A DNA stretch of 64,000 nt from Clostridiales bacterium (GCA_012521555.1 JAAYMC010000024.1:1437-65436); one strand, 5' to 3'. Positions 9,900 to 21,102 are shown, counted from the first letter of the stretch. Numbers and translations: made by a program. The notes: generated from the letters alone by a model not told the origin.

Positions 9900-10697
9900 A
9901 TGCTCGGTGCAATTATTGGCGACATCGTCGGTTCTCGGTTTGAGTGGCAAAACCACAAGAGCAAGGAGTTTGAGCTGCTCACGAAAGAGTGCTTCGTGAC
10001 GGACGACACCGTCATGACGCTGGCCGTCGCGAAAGCGCTGCTTGAGAGCTGGCCGGGCTTTGACGATCTATCGGAAAAAGCGGTGCGGTACATGCGCGAG
10101 CTCGGGAGGATGTATCCCGACTGCGGGTATGGAGCGCGTTTCGAGCAGTGGCTGCTCTCGCACGACCCGGAGCCCTACAACAGCTGCGGAAACGGCGCGG
10201 CCATGCGCGTGAGCGCCTGCGGGTGGGCGGCGCGAAGCCTTGAAGAGGTTAAAAAGCTTTCAAAAGCCGTCACGGAAGTGACGCACAACCACCCCGAAGG
10301 GCTCAAGGGCGCCGAGGCGACGGCCGCCGCCGTCTTCCTCGCCCGGACGGGGGCGAGCATATCCGAGATCCGCAGCTACATAACGGCGCACTATTACCCG
10401 ATTGACTTTACGCTCGACGAGATACGCGACAGCTACGCGTTCGACGAGTTCTGCCAGGGGACAGTCCCGCAGGCTCTCGAGGCGTTTTTCGAGTCGACGG
10501 GCTTTGAAGACGCGCTCCGCAACGCCGTCTCCATCGGGGGCGACAGCGACACAATCGCCGCCATAGCGGGGAGCGTCGCGGAAGCCTACTACGGCATCCC
10601 GACGTGCCTGCGGGCGCGCGCGATGAAGTACCTCGACGGGCGGCTGATGAAAATCCTTCTGGACTTTGAGGCGCAGTACCCGCCGAAAGTGATTTAA
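9900..10697 (+). CDS. ADP-ribosylglycohydrolase family protein
   Basis: GAIIGDIVGS, TDDT, SCGNGAAMR, GGDSDTIAA. GGGAGG RBS before ATG 9900. Confidence 0.9.
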   Translation: MLGAIIGDIVGSRFEWQNHKSKEFELLTKECFVTDDTVMTLAVAKALLESWPGFDDLSEKAVRYMRELGRMYPDCGYGARFEQWLLSHDPEPYNSCGNGAAMRVSACGWAARSLEEVKKLSKAVTEVTHNHPEGLKGAEATAAAVFLARTGASISEIRSYITAHYYPIDFTLDEIRDSYAFDEFCQGTVPQALEAFFESTGFEDALRNAVSIGGDSDTIAAIAGSVAEAYYGIPTCLRARAMKYLDGRLMKILLDFEAQYPPKVI

Positions 10698-10785
10698 GCG
10701 CGCGGGCAAAAAGTCAAACGCCGCGGCAAGGCAAAAGCGGCCAGGGGCGCCGCATTGCGCGCTTTAAAGCCGCTCGGGAGGCACC

Positions 10786-11521
10786 ATGGACTTTTTTCTC
10801 ACCCTTGCGTTTTTGTTTTTTATCGGCTCCGTCGCGGGCTGGGTCGTAGAGCTTTTATTCCGGCGGTTTTTCTCCTCGGCCAATCCGGACAGGAAGTGGA
10901 TAAACCCCGGTTTTTGCTCCGGCCCGTACCTGCCGCTTTACGGCGTCGGCCTTTGCCTGATGTACGTCATCGCCCTGCTCGAGGGGACCGGCCCGTTTCA
11001 AAGCCCCGTCCTCGGGGAAATCCTTTTGTGCCTTATCATGGCGCTTTGCATGACGGCGCTGGAGTTTGCCGCGGGCAGCCTCGCCCTGAAAATCGCCAAC
11101 GTGCGGTTGTGGGACTATACGGGGCAATGAGGGAACGTGCGGGGCGTTATCTGCCCGAAATTTTCGCTCGTCTGGGCGGCGTTCGGCGCGCTGTACACGT
11201 TTTTCGTGCACCGGCATGTGAAAAGCGCCGTGGCGTGGCTGTTCGGGCACCTATCGTTTTCGTTTTTCATCGGGCTGTTCTTCGGCGTCTTCCTCGTCGA
11301 CCTGGCGCAGTCGGCGCAGCTCGTGTCGAAGCTCAAGAAATTTGCGGAGGACTACGACGTCATCGGTCCGCTACGAGGCCCTCAAGGCCAAAATTCGGGC
11401 AAAGCGCGTGGAGGCCAGGCTCAAATACTACTTCTTCCGCCCGTTTTTCACAGAGCGCCCTTTAATCGAGCACCTTCTGGAGCTTAAGGAGTCCTTCGAG
11501 CGGAGGATAAAGCGCCGGTAA
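10786..11521 (+). pseudogene. disrupted putative ABC-transporter type IV (CmpB-like) membrane protein
   Basis: NPGFCSGPYLPLYG and WDY motifs. An in-frame TGA at 11128-11130 sits where W is expected (WDYTGQ*GNVRGVICPKFS). A +1 shift at 11365-11366 restores VRYEALKAKIRAKR...ending TAA at 11521. Confidence 0.7.
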
Positions 11522-11587
11522 AAACAAGCAGCGGCCACATTGTGCCGCTGCTTTTCGTTAAGACATAAGTTCGCCGGCGCTTCCGGC

Positions 11588-12115
11588 CTATTTGATAAAC
11601 GCCGTTTTGATTTTGTTCTCGGGAATCTCACGCGGCGCGTAGACCTCGTCCGTCCTGCCGACGATGATGCCGCAGCAGGGCGTAAACCCTTCCGGCAGGT
11701 TGACTTCCTTAAGAAGCGCCTCGTCGGAAGCCAGCGCGCGGACGGCGCCCCAGATATGGCACGCGCCGAGGCCGAGTTCGACGGCGGCCAGCGCCATGTT
11801 CTGGACGATGCAGGCGCAGTTGGAGTAGCCCACGTTGTCGTTGGGGCCCGAGAGCTTTGCCGACACGAGGATGAACACGGGCGCGCCGTACAGCGGGTGC
11901 ATGGACGGGTTTTGCATCATGGCCGCGCCGGCGCGGTCGATTTTATCGAGCAGGTCTTTTCTGGTGATGACCGTCAGGTGCACGTTTTCAAAGAGCGCGC
12001 GGCCGACGGGGGCGGCGTACGCCGCTTTCAGAAGGGTGCGGAGCTGTTCCTCAGTGATGTCGCCGGTAAAGGCGCGGACGGTTTTGCGGCTGAAAATGGC
12101 TTCGAGCGTGTTCAT
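11588..12115 (-). CDS. nitroreductase family protein
   Basis: MNTLEAIFSRKTVRAFT, AAYAAP, VQNMALAAVELGLGACHI. AAGGAGG RBS. Confidence 0.9.
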   Translation of the reverse strand: MNTLEAIFSRKTVRAFTGDITEEQLRTLLKAAYAAPVGRALFENVHLTVITRKDLLDKIDRAGAAMMQNPSMHPLYGAPVFILVSAKLSGPNDNVGYSNCACIVQNMALAAVELGLGACHIWGAVRALASDEALLKEVNLPEGFTPCCGIIVGRTDEVYAPREIPENKIKTAFIK

Positions 12116-12308
12116 GCAGTTTCCTCCTTTGTGGATGAGTGGGAAATGATTCATCTGAAGCCAATTATAGCATGCCTGTCTTCGTATGCAAGGCGGGATA
12201 AGCCGCCGCGAAAATATCTGTGAAAAAATCTTTTCTTTTGACGGGATTTGTGTTTTGATTATCATAAATAAAGCCGCGTGCGCGGCTTTTGTGAAGGAGG
12301 CGTTCATA

Positions 12309-12965
12309 ATGCCGGCATTCGACTACAAAAAAGCGTACAAGGACCTTTACGAGCCGAAGGCGGCGCCGGCCATCATCGACGTGCCGGCCATCAGCTTCAT
12401 CGCCGTGCGGGGCGAGGGGGACCCGAACGAGGAAGGCGGAGCGTATCAGAACGCCGTCGAGCTGCTCTACGGCGTCGCCTACACGCTGAAAATGAGCGAG
12501 AAGGCCGGATACAAAATCGACGGATACTTCGACTACGTCGTCCCGCCGCTGGAGGGGTTCTGGTGGCAGCCGGGCGTGAAGGGCGTCGATCTCACGCACA
12601 AGGAAAGCTTCCACTGGATTTCCGCCATCCGCACGCCGGACTTCGTCACGGAAGGGGACGTGAAATGGGCGGTGGAGACGGCCTCGAAAAAGAAAAAGCG
12701 GGACTTTTCCGCCGTTGAGTTTCTCACGATTACGGAGGGGCTTTGCGTCCAGTGCCTGCACGTCGGCCCATACGACTCAGAGCCGGAGACCGTCGCCGCC
12801 ATGCACCGGTTTATCGACGAAATGGGCTACGAAACGGACTTTTCCGACACGCGCTTTCACCACGAAATTTACCTGAGCGACCCGCGCAAGGTCAGCCCCG
12901 AAAAACTCAAAACCGTGATCCGGCACCCGATCAAAAACCGTTACGCGGCGCTCCGGAAGGCCTGA
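12309..12965 (+). CDS. GyrI-like small-molecule-binding domain protein
   Basis: FDYKKAYKDLY, GEGDPN, VVPPLEGFWW, LHVGPYDSE, HHEIYLSDPRK. Confidence 0.85.
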   Translation: MPAFDYKKAYKDLYEPKAAPAIIDVPAISFIAVRGEGDPNEEGGAYQNAVELLYGVAYTLKMSEKAGYKIDGYFDYVVPPLEGFWWQPGVKGVDLTHKESFHWISAIRTPDFVTEGDVKWAVETASKKKKRDFSAVEFLTITEGLCVQCLHVGPYDSEPETVAAMHRFIDEMGYETDFSDTRFHHEIYLSDPRKVSPEKLKTVIRHPIKNRYAALRKA

Positions 12966-13035
12966 CAGGCCGCCCGGAGCTTTGTTTTGCCGCTCGCGCG
13001 GAGCCTAAAAAGCAGCCGAAACTGCCCCGCAAGGG

Positions 13036-13064
13036 TTGACAAGATGGAAATTGTATGGTATCTA
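13036..13064 (+). promoter_or_regulatory. sigmaA-type promoter
   Basis: TTGACA (13036-13041), 17-nt spacer, TGn-TATCTA extended -10 (imperfect). Confidence 0.65.
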
Positions 13065-13068
13065 GTAA

Positions 13069-13095
13069 TTAGCACTCTAACCCGTCGAGTGCTGA
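13069..13095. promoter_or_regulatory. CIRCE element (HrcA operator)
   Basis: TTAGCACTC-TAACCCGTC-GAGTGCTGA, 17/18 match to TTAGCACTC-N9-GAGTGCTAA, just downstream of the -10 box. Confidence 0.85.
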
Positions 13096-13290
13096 CGAAA
13101 GTGAACAAAACAGTGTGACTGTATAGCAAATACAGAGCTGTCTTCCAAAAGAAGAGAGAAACGGTTTTGTGAAGCTTTTGCCTTGTATCGGGTGAACTTC
13201 GCGTTATCCCGCCGGATAACATTATCTTCCCATCAAAGCTGAATGAAGTTCATGACAAGGCGCTGTATCTGGTATACGGCGCCTTTTTCT
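13096..13290 (+). ncRNA. candidate structured leader or small RNA ending in an intrinsic terminator
   Basis: Nested stems identified by eye (see findings) and terminator AAGGCGCTGTAT-CTGGT-ATACGGCGCCTT-TTT at 13257-13288. No recognised family. Confidence 0.45.
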
Positions 13291-13344
13291 GTCTTCTTTT
13301 GCGTCAGCACCGGCGAAAATCCTAAAGAAGAACGAGGTGATGAA

Positions 13345-15192
13345 ATGCAGGCTTTGATACTCGCAGCCGGAATGGGGACGCGGCTGAAGGACCTGACGAA
13401 AAACGCCGCGAAATGCATGGTCAAGGTGGACGGGAAACCGCTGATTGAGCGGATGCTCTGCCAGCTTGACGAGCTGGAGCTGAGTGAGATTCACATCGTC
13501 GTCGGATACATGGCGCGGGACGTCATCTCCTTTGTCCGTTCCCTGAAGATACGCACTCCCGTCCGGTTTATTGAAAACGAACTGTACGCGACGACGAACA
13601 ACATCTACTCGCTGTACATGGCGCGGGAGGTGCTCAAAAAGGACGACACGCTGCTGCTTGAGTCCGACCTCATCTTGAGCGACGGCATCCTCGGCCGGCT
13701 CGCGGACAGCCCGCACCCGAACGTGGCCCTCGTTGCGCCTTATGAAAGCTGGATGGACGGCACCGTCGTCAAAGTCGACGGGGAAGGGAATATCACGCGG
13801 TTTATCGAGAAGAAGGAGTTTGATTTCCGGGAGATCCCGAGCTATTACAAGACCGTCAACATCTACAAGTTCAGCCGGGAGTTTTCCGAGCGGTATTTCG
13901 TGCCGTTCCTCGCCGCCCACATCGAGTCTGAGTGCAAAAACGCGTATTACGAGCACGTTTTGAAGGTGCTGAGCTTCATCGACGGCTCCCTGATAAAAGC
14001 GGAAATTCTGGGCGGCGAGGCATGGTATGAAATCGACGACGCGCAGGACCTCGATATCGCCGAGTCCCTCTTTACGGACTTAAAGTACGACAAAATCAAA
14101 AGCCGCTACGGGGGTTACTGGCGATACCCGAAGCTTTTGGATTTCTGCTACCTTGTCAATCCCTACTACCCGCCGCGCCGGATGCTGGACGAGCTGAAGG
14201 CGAATTTCGAGGCGCTGATTTGCAGCTACCCGTCGGGCATCGAAGTCAACAGCCTGATTGCGGGGAAATACTTCGGCCTGAAGAAAGAGCACGTCTGCCC
14301 GGGTAACGGCGCGGCCGAACTCATCCGCTCCCTGATGGGGGCCCTGAGCGGCAACGTCGGCATCGTATATCCCACTTTTGAGGAATACCCGAACCGCCTG
14401 TGCAAAAACAAAATCGTGCCGTACTACCCGAAAGGCAGGGATTTCACGTATACGGCCAAAGACCTGGCCGATTATTACGGGCGGTTTGCCGTCGAGGCCG
14501 TTATCCTCGTCAACCCGAACAACCCGACGGGCTTTATGCTCGGCCGGGACGAGGTGCTCGCTCTCGCCAAATGGGCGGGGGAGAGAGGAATCCGGCTTGT
14601 GGTGGACGAGTCGTTTGTCGACTTTTGTGACGCGCCGGAAAAGCAGACCCTGCTCTCGGAGGCGATTTTGCAGGACAACACAAACCTTGTCGTGATAAAA
14701 AGCATTTCCAAGTCCTTCGGGGTGCCCGGGCTGCGCCTCGGGATTGCCGCAAGCGCCGACGAGGAGCTCATTCGTTCCCTCAAGAGCGACGTGGCGATCT
14801 GGAACATCAACTCCATCGCCGAGTGCTTCCTGCAGATTTTTGAAAAATACAAAAAGGATTACGACCAGGCCCTTGAGACATTCCGCCTCGTCCGCAGGCA
14901 GTTTATCGAGAAGCTGCGCCATGTCCCGAATCTCAGGGTGCTGCCCACGCAGGCCAACTTCGTCCTGTGCGAAGTCCTGGGCGGGTGCTCGGCGGAAAAG
15001 CTCGCCGAGACGCTGCTGTGCGAGCATAACATCCTGATAAAGGACCTTGGCGGCAAAAAGGGCATCAGCGGCGAGTATATCCGCGTGGCCGTCAGAACGC
15101 GGGAAGACAACAGCCGTCTTGCCGCCGCCTTGAGCAAGGTCCTCGGGCAGTCCGGCCGGGTCAGGCAGTACAATCTCGGCATGAGCGGATAG
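13345..15192 (+). CDS. fused LicC-like nucleotidyltransferase and class I/II PLP-dependent enzyme (CobD/HisC-like)
   Basis: N-terminus MQALILAAGMGTRL...KCMV...TNNIYSL...LLESDL...WYEIDD. C-terminus GNGAAELI, NPNNPTG, VVDESF, KSISKSFGVPGLRLG (PLP lysine). GAGGTG RBS. Confidence 0.85.
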   Translation: MQALILAAGMGTRLKDLTKNAAKCMVKVDGKPLIERMLCQLDELELSEIHIVVGYMARDVISFVRSLKIRTPVRFIENELYATTNNIYSLYMAREVLKKDDTLLLESDLILSDGILGRLADSPHPNVALVAPYESWMDGTVVKVDGEGNITRFIEKKEFDFREIPSYYKTVNIYKFSREFSERYFVPFLAAHIESECKNAYYEHVLKVLSFIDGSLIKAEILGGEAWYEIDDAQDLDIAESLFTDLKYDKIKSRYGGYWRYPKLLDFCYLVNPYYPPRRMLDELKANFEALICSYPSGIEVNSLIAGKYFGLKKEHVCPGNGAAELIRSLMGALSGNVGIVYPTFEEYPNRLCKNKIVPYYPKGRDFTYTAKDLADYYGRFAVEAVILVNPNNPTGFMLGRDEVLALAKWAGERGIRLVVDESFVDFCDAPEKQTLLSEAILQDNTNLVVIKSISKSFGVPGLRLGIAASADEELIRSLKSDVAIWNINSIAECFLQIFEKYKKDYDQALETFRLVRRQFIEKLRHVPNLRVLPTQANFVLCEVLGGCSAEKLAETLLCEHNILIKDLGGKKGISGEYIRVAVRTREDNSRLAAALSKVLGQSGRVRQYNLGMSG

Positions 15193-15202
15193 AGGTCATG
15201 GC

Positions 15203-15835
15203 ATGATGGAGAAAAAAGAAAAAGAGTACACAATGCTGCACTTCCTGGCAGACATACCCAATCTCTGTTCCCTCGCGGGGCTGCTCTGCTCGTTTCTCGG
15301 CGTCTATTTTGCAATCCGCGGGCAGTTTCACTATGCCCTCGTGGGCGTTTTGTGGGCCGTCGTCTTCGACTGGCTGGACGGGATGGTCGCCAAAAGGATG
15401 AAAGACAGGGACGATAAGCACCGCGCCGTGGGCGTGCAGCTCGACTCGCTGATTGACATCGTCAGTTTCGGCGTCTTTCCGGCCGTCTTTCTGCTCAGTT
15501 TCGGGGAGTTCAAACCCGCCTTCATCCCGGGCGCGTTTCTCATCGTGGGCGGCGCGGCGCTGCGGCTCGGCTATTTCAACGTCTTCGGGATGATCGACAA
15601 GCACACGTACAGGGGGCTTGCGCTGGACAACAACGTCCTCCTGCTCGCGCTGATTTTCCTGCTGGAGCGGCTGATCCCGCGCGGGGTGTTTGCCGCCGTC
15701 CTCTACGCCGTCCTGATGGCGCTGCTCGCGCTCAATCTGGCGCCCATCCGCACGTATAAGTTCGGCGGCAAGTGGTTTTACGCGCTGCTGGGCTATGTCG
15801 TCGTCATGACGGCCTGCTACGTCTTTCTTTTGTAA
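15203..15835 (+). CDS. CDP-alcohol phosphatidyltransferase family protein
   Basis: DWLDGMVAK...GVQLDSLID matches the DGxxAR...GxxxDxxxD signature; multiple TM segments. Confidence 0.9.
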   Translation: MMEKKEKEYTMLHFLADIPNLCSLAGLLCSFLGVYFAIRGQFHYALVGVLWAVVFDWLDGMVAKRMKDRDDKHRAVGVQLDSLIDIVSFGVFPAVFLLSFGEFKPAFIPGAFLIVGGAALRLGYFNVFGMIDKHTYRGLALDNNVLLLALIFLLERLIPRGVFAAVLYAVLMALLALNLAPIRTYKFGGKWFYALLGYVVVMTACYVFLL

Positions 15836-15881
15836 CGCTCGCGCCGTAAGGTGCGCGCGCTAATAAGCGCGTTTCATATAA

Positions 15882-15916
15882 AGGACCCGGTTTGCGTCTT
15901 TCGCAAACCGGGTCCT
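15882..15916. terminator. perfect hairpin between convergent genes, probable terminator
   Basis: AGGACCCGGTTTGCG-TCTTT-CGCAAACCGGGTCCT. Confidence 0.75.
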
Positions 15917-15959
15917 GTGTGTGTCTGGGTGTGATTGGGCTGAAAGCGGGGCGGCGCGC

Positions 15960-16745
15960 TTATCCCGCCGGGATCATGCGCCCCGTGTGGTCGATGGTGT
16001 ACTCGCCCTTGAGCAGCAGCTCCGATACCGGCACAATCTGATACCCGTTTGCCAGCAGGTACTCGATGATTGCCGGCAGGGCGGCGGGCGTGTTCTTCGC
16101 CGCGTTGTGGAAGAGCACGATGCTGCCCGGCTGCACGCGGGACGTGACGCGCTGGACAATCTGGTCGGCCGTCAGGTCCTTCCAGTCCAGGCTGTCGACA
16201 TCCCACTGGATCGTGTACATGCCCATGGAAGTCAGGGCTTTAATCACGTGGTCGTCGTATTCGCCGTAGGGGCAGCGGAAGAGGGTGGGCGTCACGCCCG
16301 TGACGGCGGCGATTTTTTCGTTGCACTTTGTGACGTTGCTGATAATCTGGTCGGTGGACAGGCGCGAGAAGTGCGCGTGGTCGTTGGAATGGTTCATCAC
16401 CTCGTGCCCGGCGTCGTGCAGGGCTTTAACGGACTCGGGGTATTTGTCCACCCAGAAGCCCACGACGAAAAACGTGGCTTTCACGTTGTATTTGGCGAGA
16501 ATATCAATCAGCTCCTCGGTGTCCTCGTTGCCCCAAGCCGCGTCGAAAGTAAGCGAAACGGCCTTGTTGTCCCGCTTGACGCAGTAAATCGGCAGCTCCC
16601 GCTTTGTCGCCGACACGCCCACGATGGCCGGGGAGTTGACGGCCGTGAAAATCAAAACGGTGGCGAGCGCGGTAAGCAGCGCTGTTTTTATCTTCCGGTT
16701 TGAGATTTTCGGAAGCTTCAGCCCCATAATCTGCATGCGGCGCAT
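15960..16745 (-). CDS. polysaccharide deacetylase (CE4, PdaB-like)
   Basis: N-terminal TM segment, LTFDAAWG, NHSNDH, FRCPYGEY, IQWDVDSLDW, VLFHN. Confidence 0.9.
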   Translation of the reverse strand: MRRMQIMGLKLPKISNRKIKTALLTALATVLIFTAVNSPAIVGVSATKRELPIYCVKRDNKAVSLTFDAAWGNEDTEELIDILAKYNVKATFFVVGFWVDKYPESVKALHDAGHEVMNHSNDHAHFSRLSTDQIISNVTKCNEKIAAVTGVTPTLFRCPYGEYDDHVIKALTSMGMYTIQWDVDSLDWKDLTADQIVQRVTSRVQPGSIVLFHNAAKNTPAALPAIIEYLLANGYQIVPVSELLLKGEYTIDHTGRMIPAG

Positions 16746-16884
16746 GGTTCTCCCTCCAAAAACAGTCTTTCCGCTTGCGGCGGAAAGGCGGATGTTTCTA
16801 GTTGGAGCTTATGACAATCGGCGCGCTATTATACGCTGAAAAAATCACCACCATAATACGATGACATAATAGTAATCATTAAAA

Positions 16885-17850
16885 ATGAGGACAGGCGCAA
16901 GCCTGCCCCCATATATGGCAAACACTGAGACTTCTGGGCGCAATGTCGATAGATATGAGGCAATGTCCTCGAATGAAATAAACGTCGGCGGGGCGACCGT
17001 CCTCGACTGCGGCGTGCACGCCGAAGGCGGCTTTGAGGCCGGCTTGCTGCTGGCCCGCGCGTGCCTCGGCGGCCTTGCGGACGTGACGCTCATCTGGGCC
17101 GATTACGAGGGCTACCGCTGGCCGAGCGTCTCGGTGGCGACGGACCATCCGGTCCGCGCCTGCATGGCGTCCCAGTACGCGGGCTGGCCCATCAAATGCG
17201 GCGGGAAGCTGTACATGGGCTCCGGCCCGGCCTGCGCCGTCGTCTGCCGGGGGAGCCTGTTCCGCGAGCTCGAGTACAAGGATGAGACGGACGTTATCGT
17301 CCTCTGCCTTGAGTGCCCGCGCCTGCCGGACGAAGACGTCGTCCGCCTCGTAGCCGGAGAGTGCGGGTGCTCTCCCGAACGGCTGTACATCCTCGCCGCG
17401 CCGACGGCGTCCGTCGCCGGGACGGTGCAGGTGGCCGCCCGCGCGCTGGAGACGGCGCTGTTTAAGCTCAGGCGGCTCAAATACGACCTCGGGAAAATCG
17501 TCTCCGGCATGGCCGTGTGCCCCTTATCGCCCGTCGCGGGCTCGACGAAGCACGCGCTCGGCCGCACGAACGACGCCATCTCCTACGGCGCCGTGGCGCA
17601 GATTCATGTGCGCGACGAGGACGATGCGCTGCGTAAAATCGTCCCGCTGGTGCCGTCGTGCGCGGCGCCGGAGTACGGGAAGTCGTATGTCGACATCAAA
17701 ACCGAGCACAACAACTTCTTTAATCTCAGCCCGGAGCAGTTTAACCCCGCCGTCATCGAGATGTGCAACTTAAGCACGGGCCGCGTGTTCCGCGCCGGCG
17801 CCATCCGGGCGGACATCCTCGCGCGCTCCTTCGCCGTCGAAGCCTTTTAG
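16885..17850 (+). CDS. mch: methenyltetrahydromethanopterin cyclohydrolase homolog
   Basis: GATVLDCG, CLGGLA, TDHP...CMASQYAGW, MGSGPA, APTASVAGTVQVAARALET, GRTNDAI, YGKS and a C-terminal NLSTGRVFRAG follow the Mch family in order. Start uncertain (16885 or 16915). Confidence 0.85.
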   Translation: MRTGASLPPYMANTETSGRNVDRYEAMSSNEINVGGATVLDCGVHAEGGFEAGLLLARACLGGLADVTLIWADYEGYRWPSVSVATDHPVRACMASQYAGWPIKCGGKLYMGSGPACAVVCRGSLFRELEYKDETDVIVLCLECPRLPDEDVVRLVAGECGCSPERLYILAAPTASVAGTVQVAARALETALFKLRRLKYDLGKIVSGMAVCPLSPVAGSTKHALGRTNDAISYGAVAQIHVRDEDDALRKIVPLVPSCAAPEYGKSYVDIKTEHNNFFNLSPEQFNPAVIEMCNLSTGRVFRAGAIRADILARSFAVEAF

Positions 17851-17871
17851 GGGCGGTATGAGCAAAAAAGA

Positions 17872-17910
17872 AAAAACCTGATTTAAGGCGGGGCCTTAAA
17901 TCAGGTTTTT
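17872..17910. terminator. bidirectional intrinsic terminator
   Basis: AAAAACCTGATTTAAGGC-GGG-GCCTTAAATCAGGTTTTT. Confidence 0.88.
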
Positions 17911-17921
17911 GTTTTGGTGCG

Positions 17922-18269
17922 TCAGTCGCGGAGGAGCTTTTCGCCAAGCTTTCTGCCGGCGAGGACGTGGAAGTGCAGGTGGTGGACCGTCTGGCCCGCG
18001 TCGGCACCGTTGTTCGTGATGACGCGAAAGCCCCCGGCGAGGTTTTCCCGCTCGGCAAGCATGGCGATGACCTCAAAGCACTTTGCGACGAGATGGGAGT
18101 TTTCCGGCGTGACGGCCGCGGCGCCCGGGATGTGCGCGCGCGGAATCACGAGGAAGTGGACGGGCGCCTGAGGGCTGATGTCGTGGAAGGCGACGACGTT
18201 TTCGTCTTCATAGAGCTTGTTGGACGGAATCTCTCCCGCCGCGATTTTGCAAAAGATACAGTCGGACAT
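17922..18269 (-). CDS. HIT family nucleotide-binding protein
   Basis: MSDCIFCKIAAGEIP...HDISPQAPVHFLVIP...GQTVHHLHFHVLAG. Confidence 0.93.
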   Translation of the reverse strand: MSDCIFCKIAAGEIPSNKLYEDENVVAFHDISPQAPVHFLVIPRAHIPGAAAVTPENSHLVAKCFEVIAMLAERENLAGGFRVITNNGADAGQTVHHLHFHVLAGRKLGEKLLRD

Positions 18270-18301
18270 TATGAGCGCCTCCTCTTTATATTGCCGGCGG
18301 A

Positions 18302-20938
<2,637 letters not shown>

Positions 20939-21102
20939 GAACAAACATCCTTAAAACCAAGTGATCTGTGTTTTTTCTCCATCAGGTTACAAAGGAACCC
21001 TAACCTCGTTATACTATAATAATCATTTGCGCGTTGTCAATGCCCGCGCGCACGAAAGCCGTTTCCTTTTCGGAAAACGGCTTTCGTGCGTCCTCTTCCG
21101 GT

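Noticed and set aside
11128-11130. UGA recoded as Trp or Sec
   Set aside because: TGA acts as a normal stop elsewhere (4548-4550, 22185-22187, 62276-62278), the expected residue is Trp rather than Cys, and the same gene also has a frameshift.
13190-13203. T-box in the CIRCE leader (GGGTGAACTTCGCG)
   Set aside because: It lacks the UGGN-ACC bulge needed to pair with tRNA NCCA, and no specifier stem I is recognisable.
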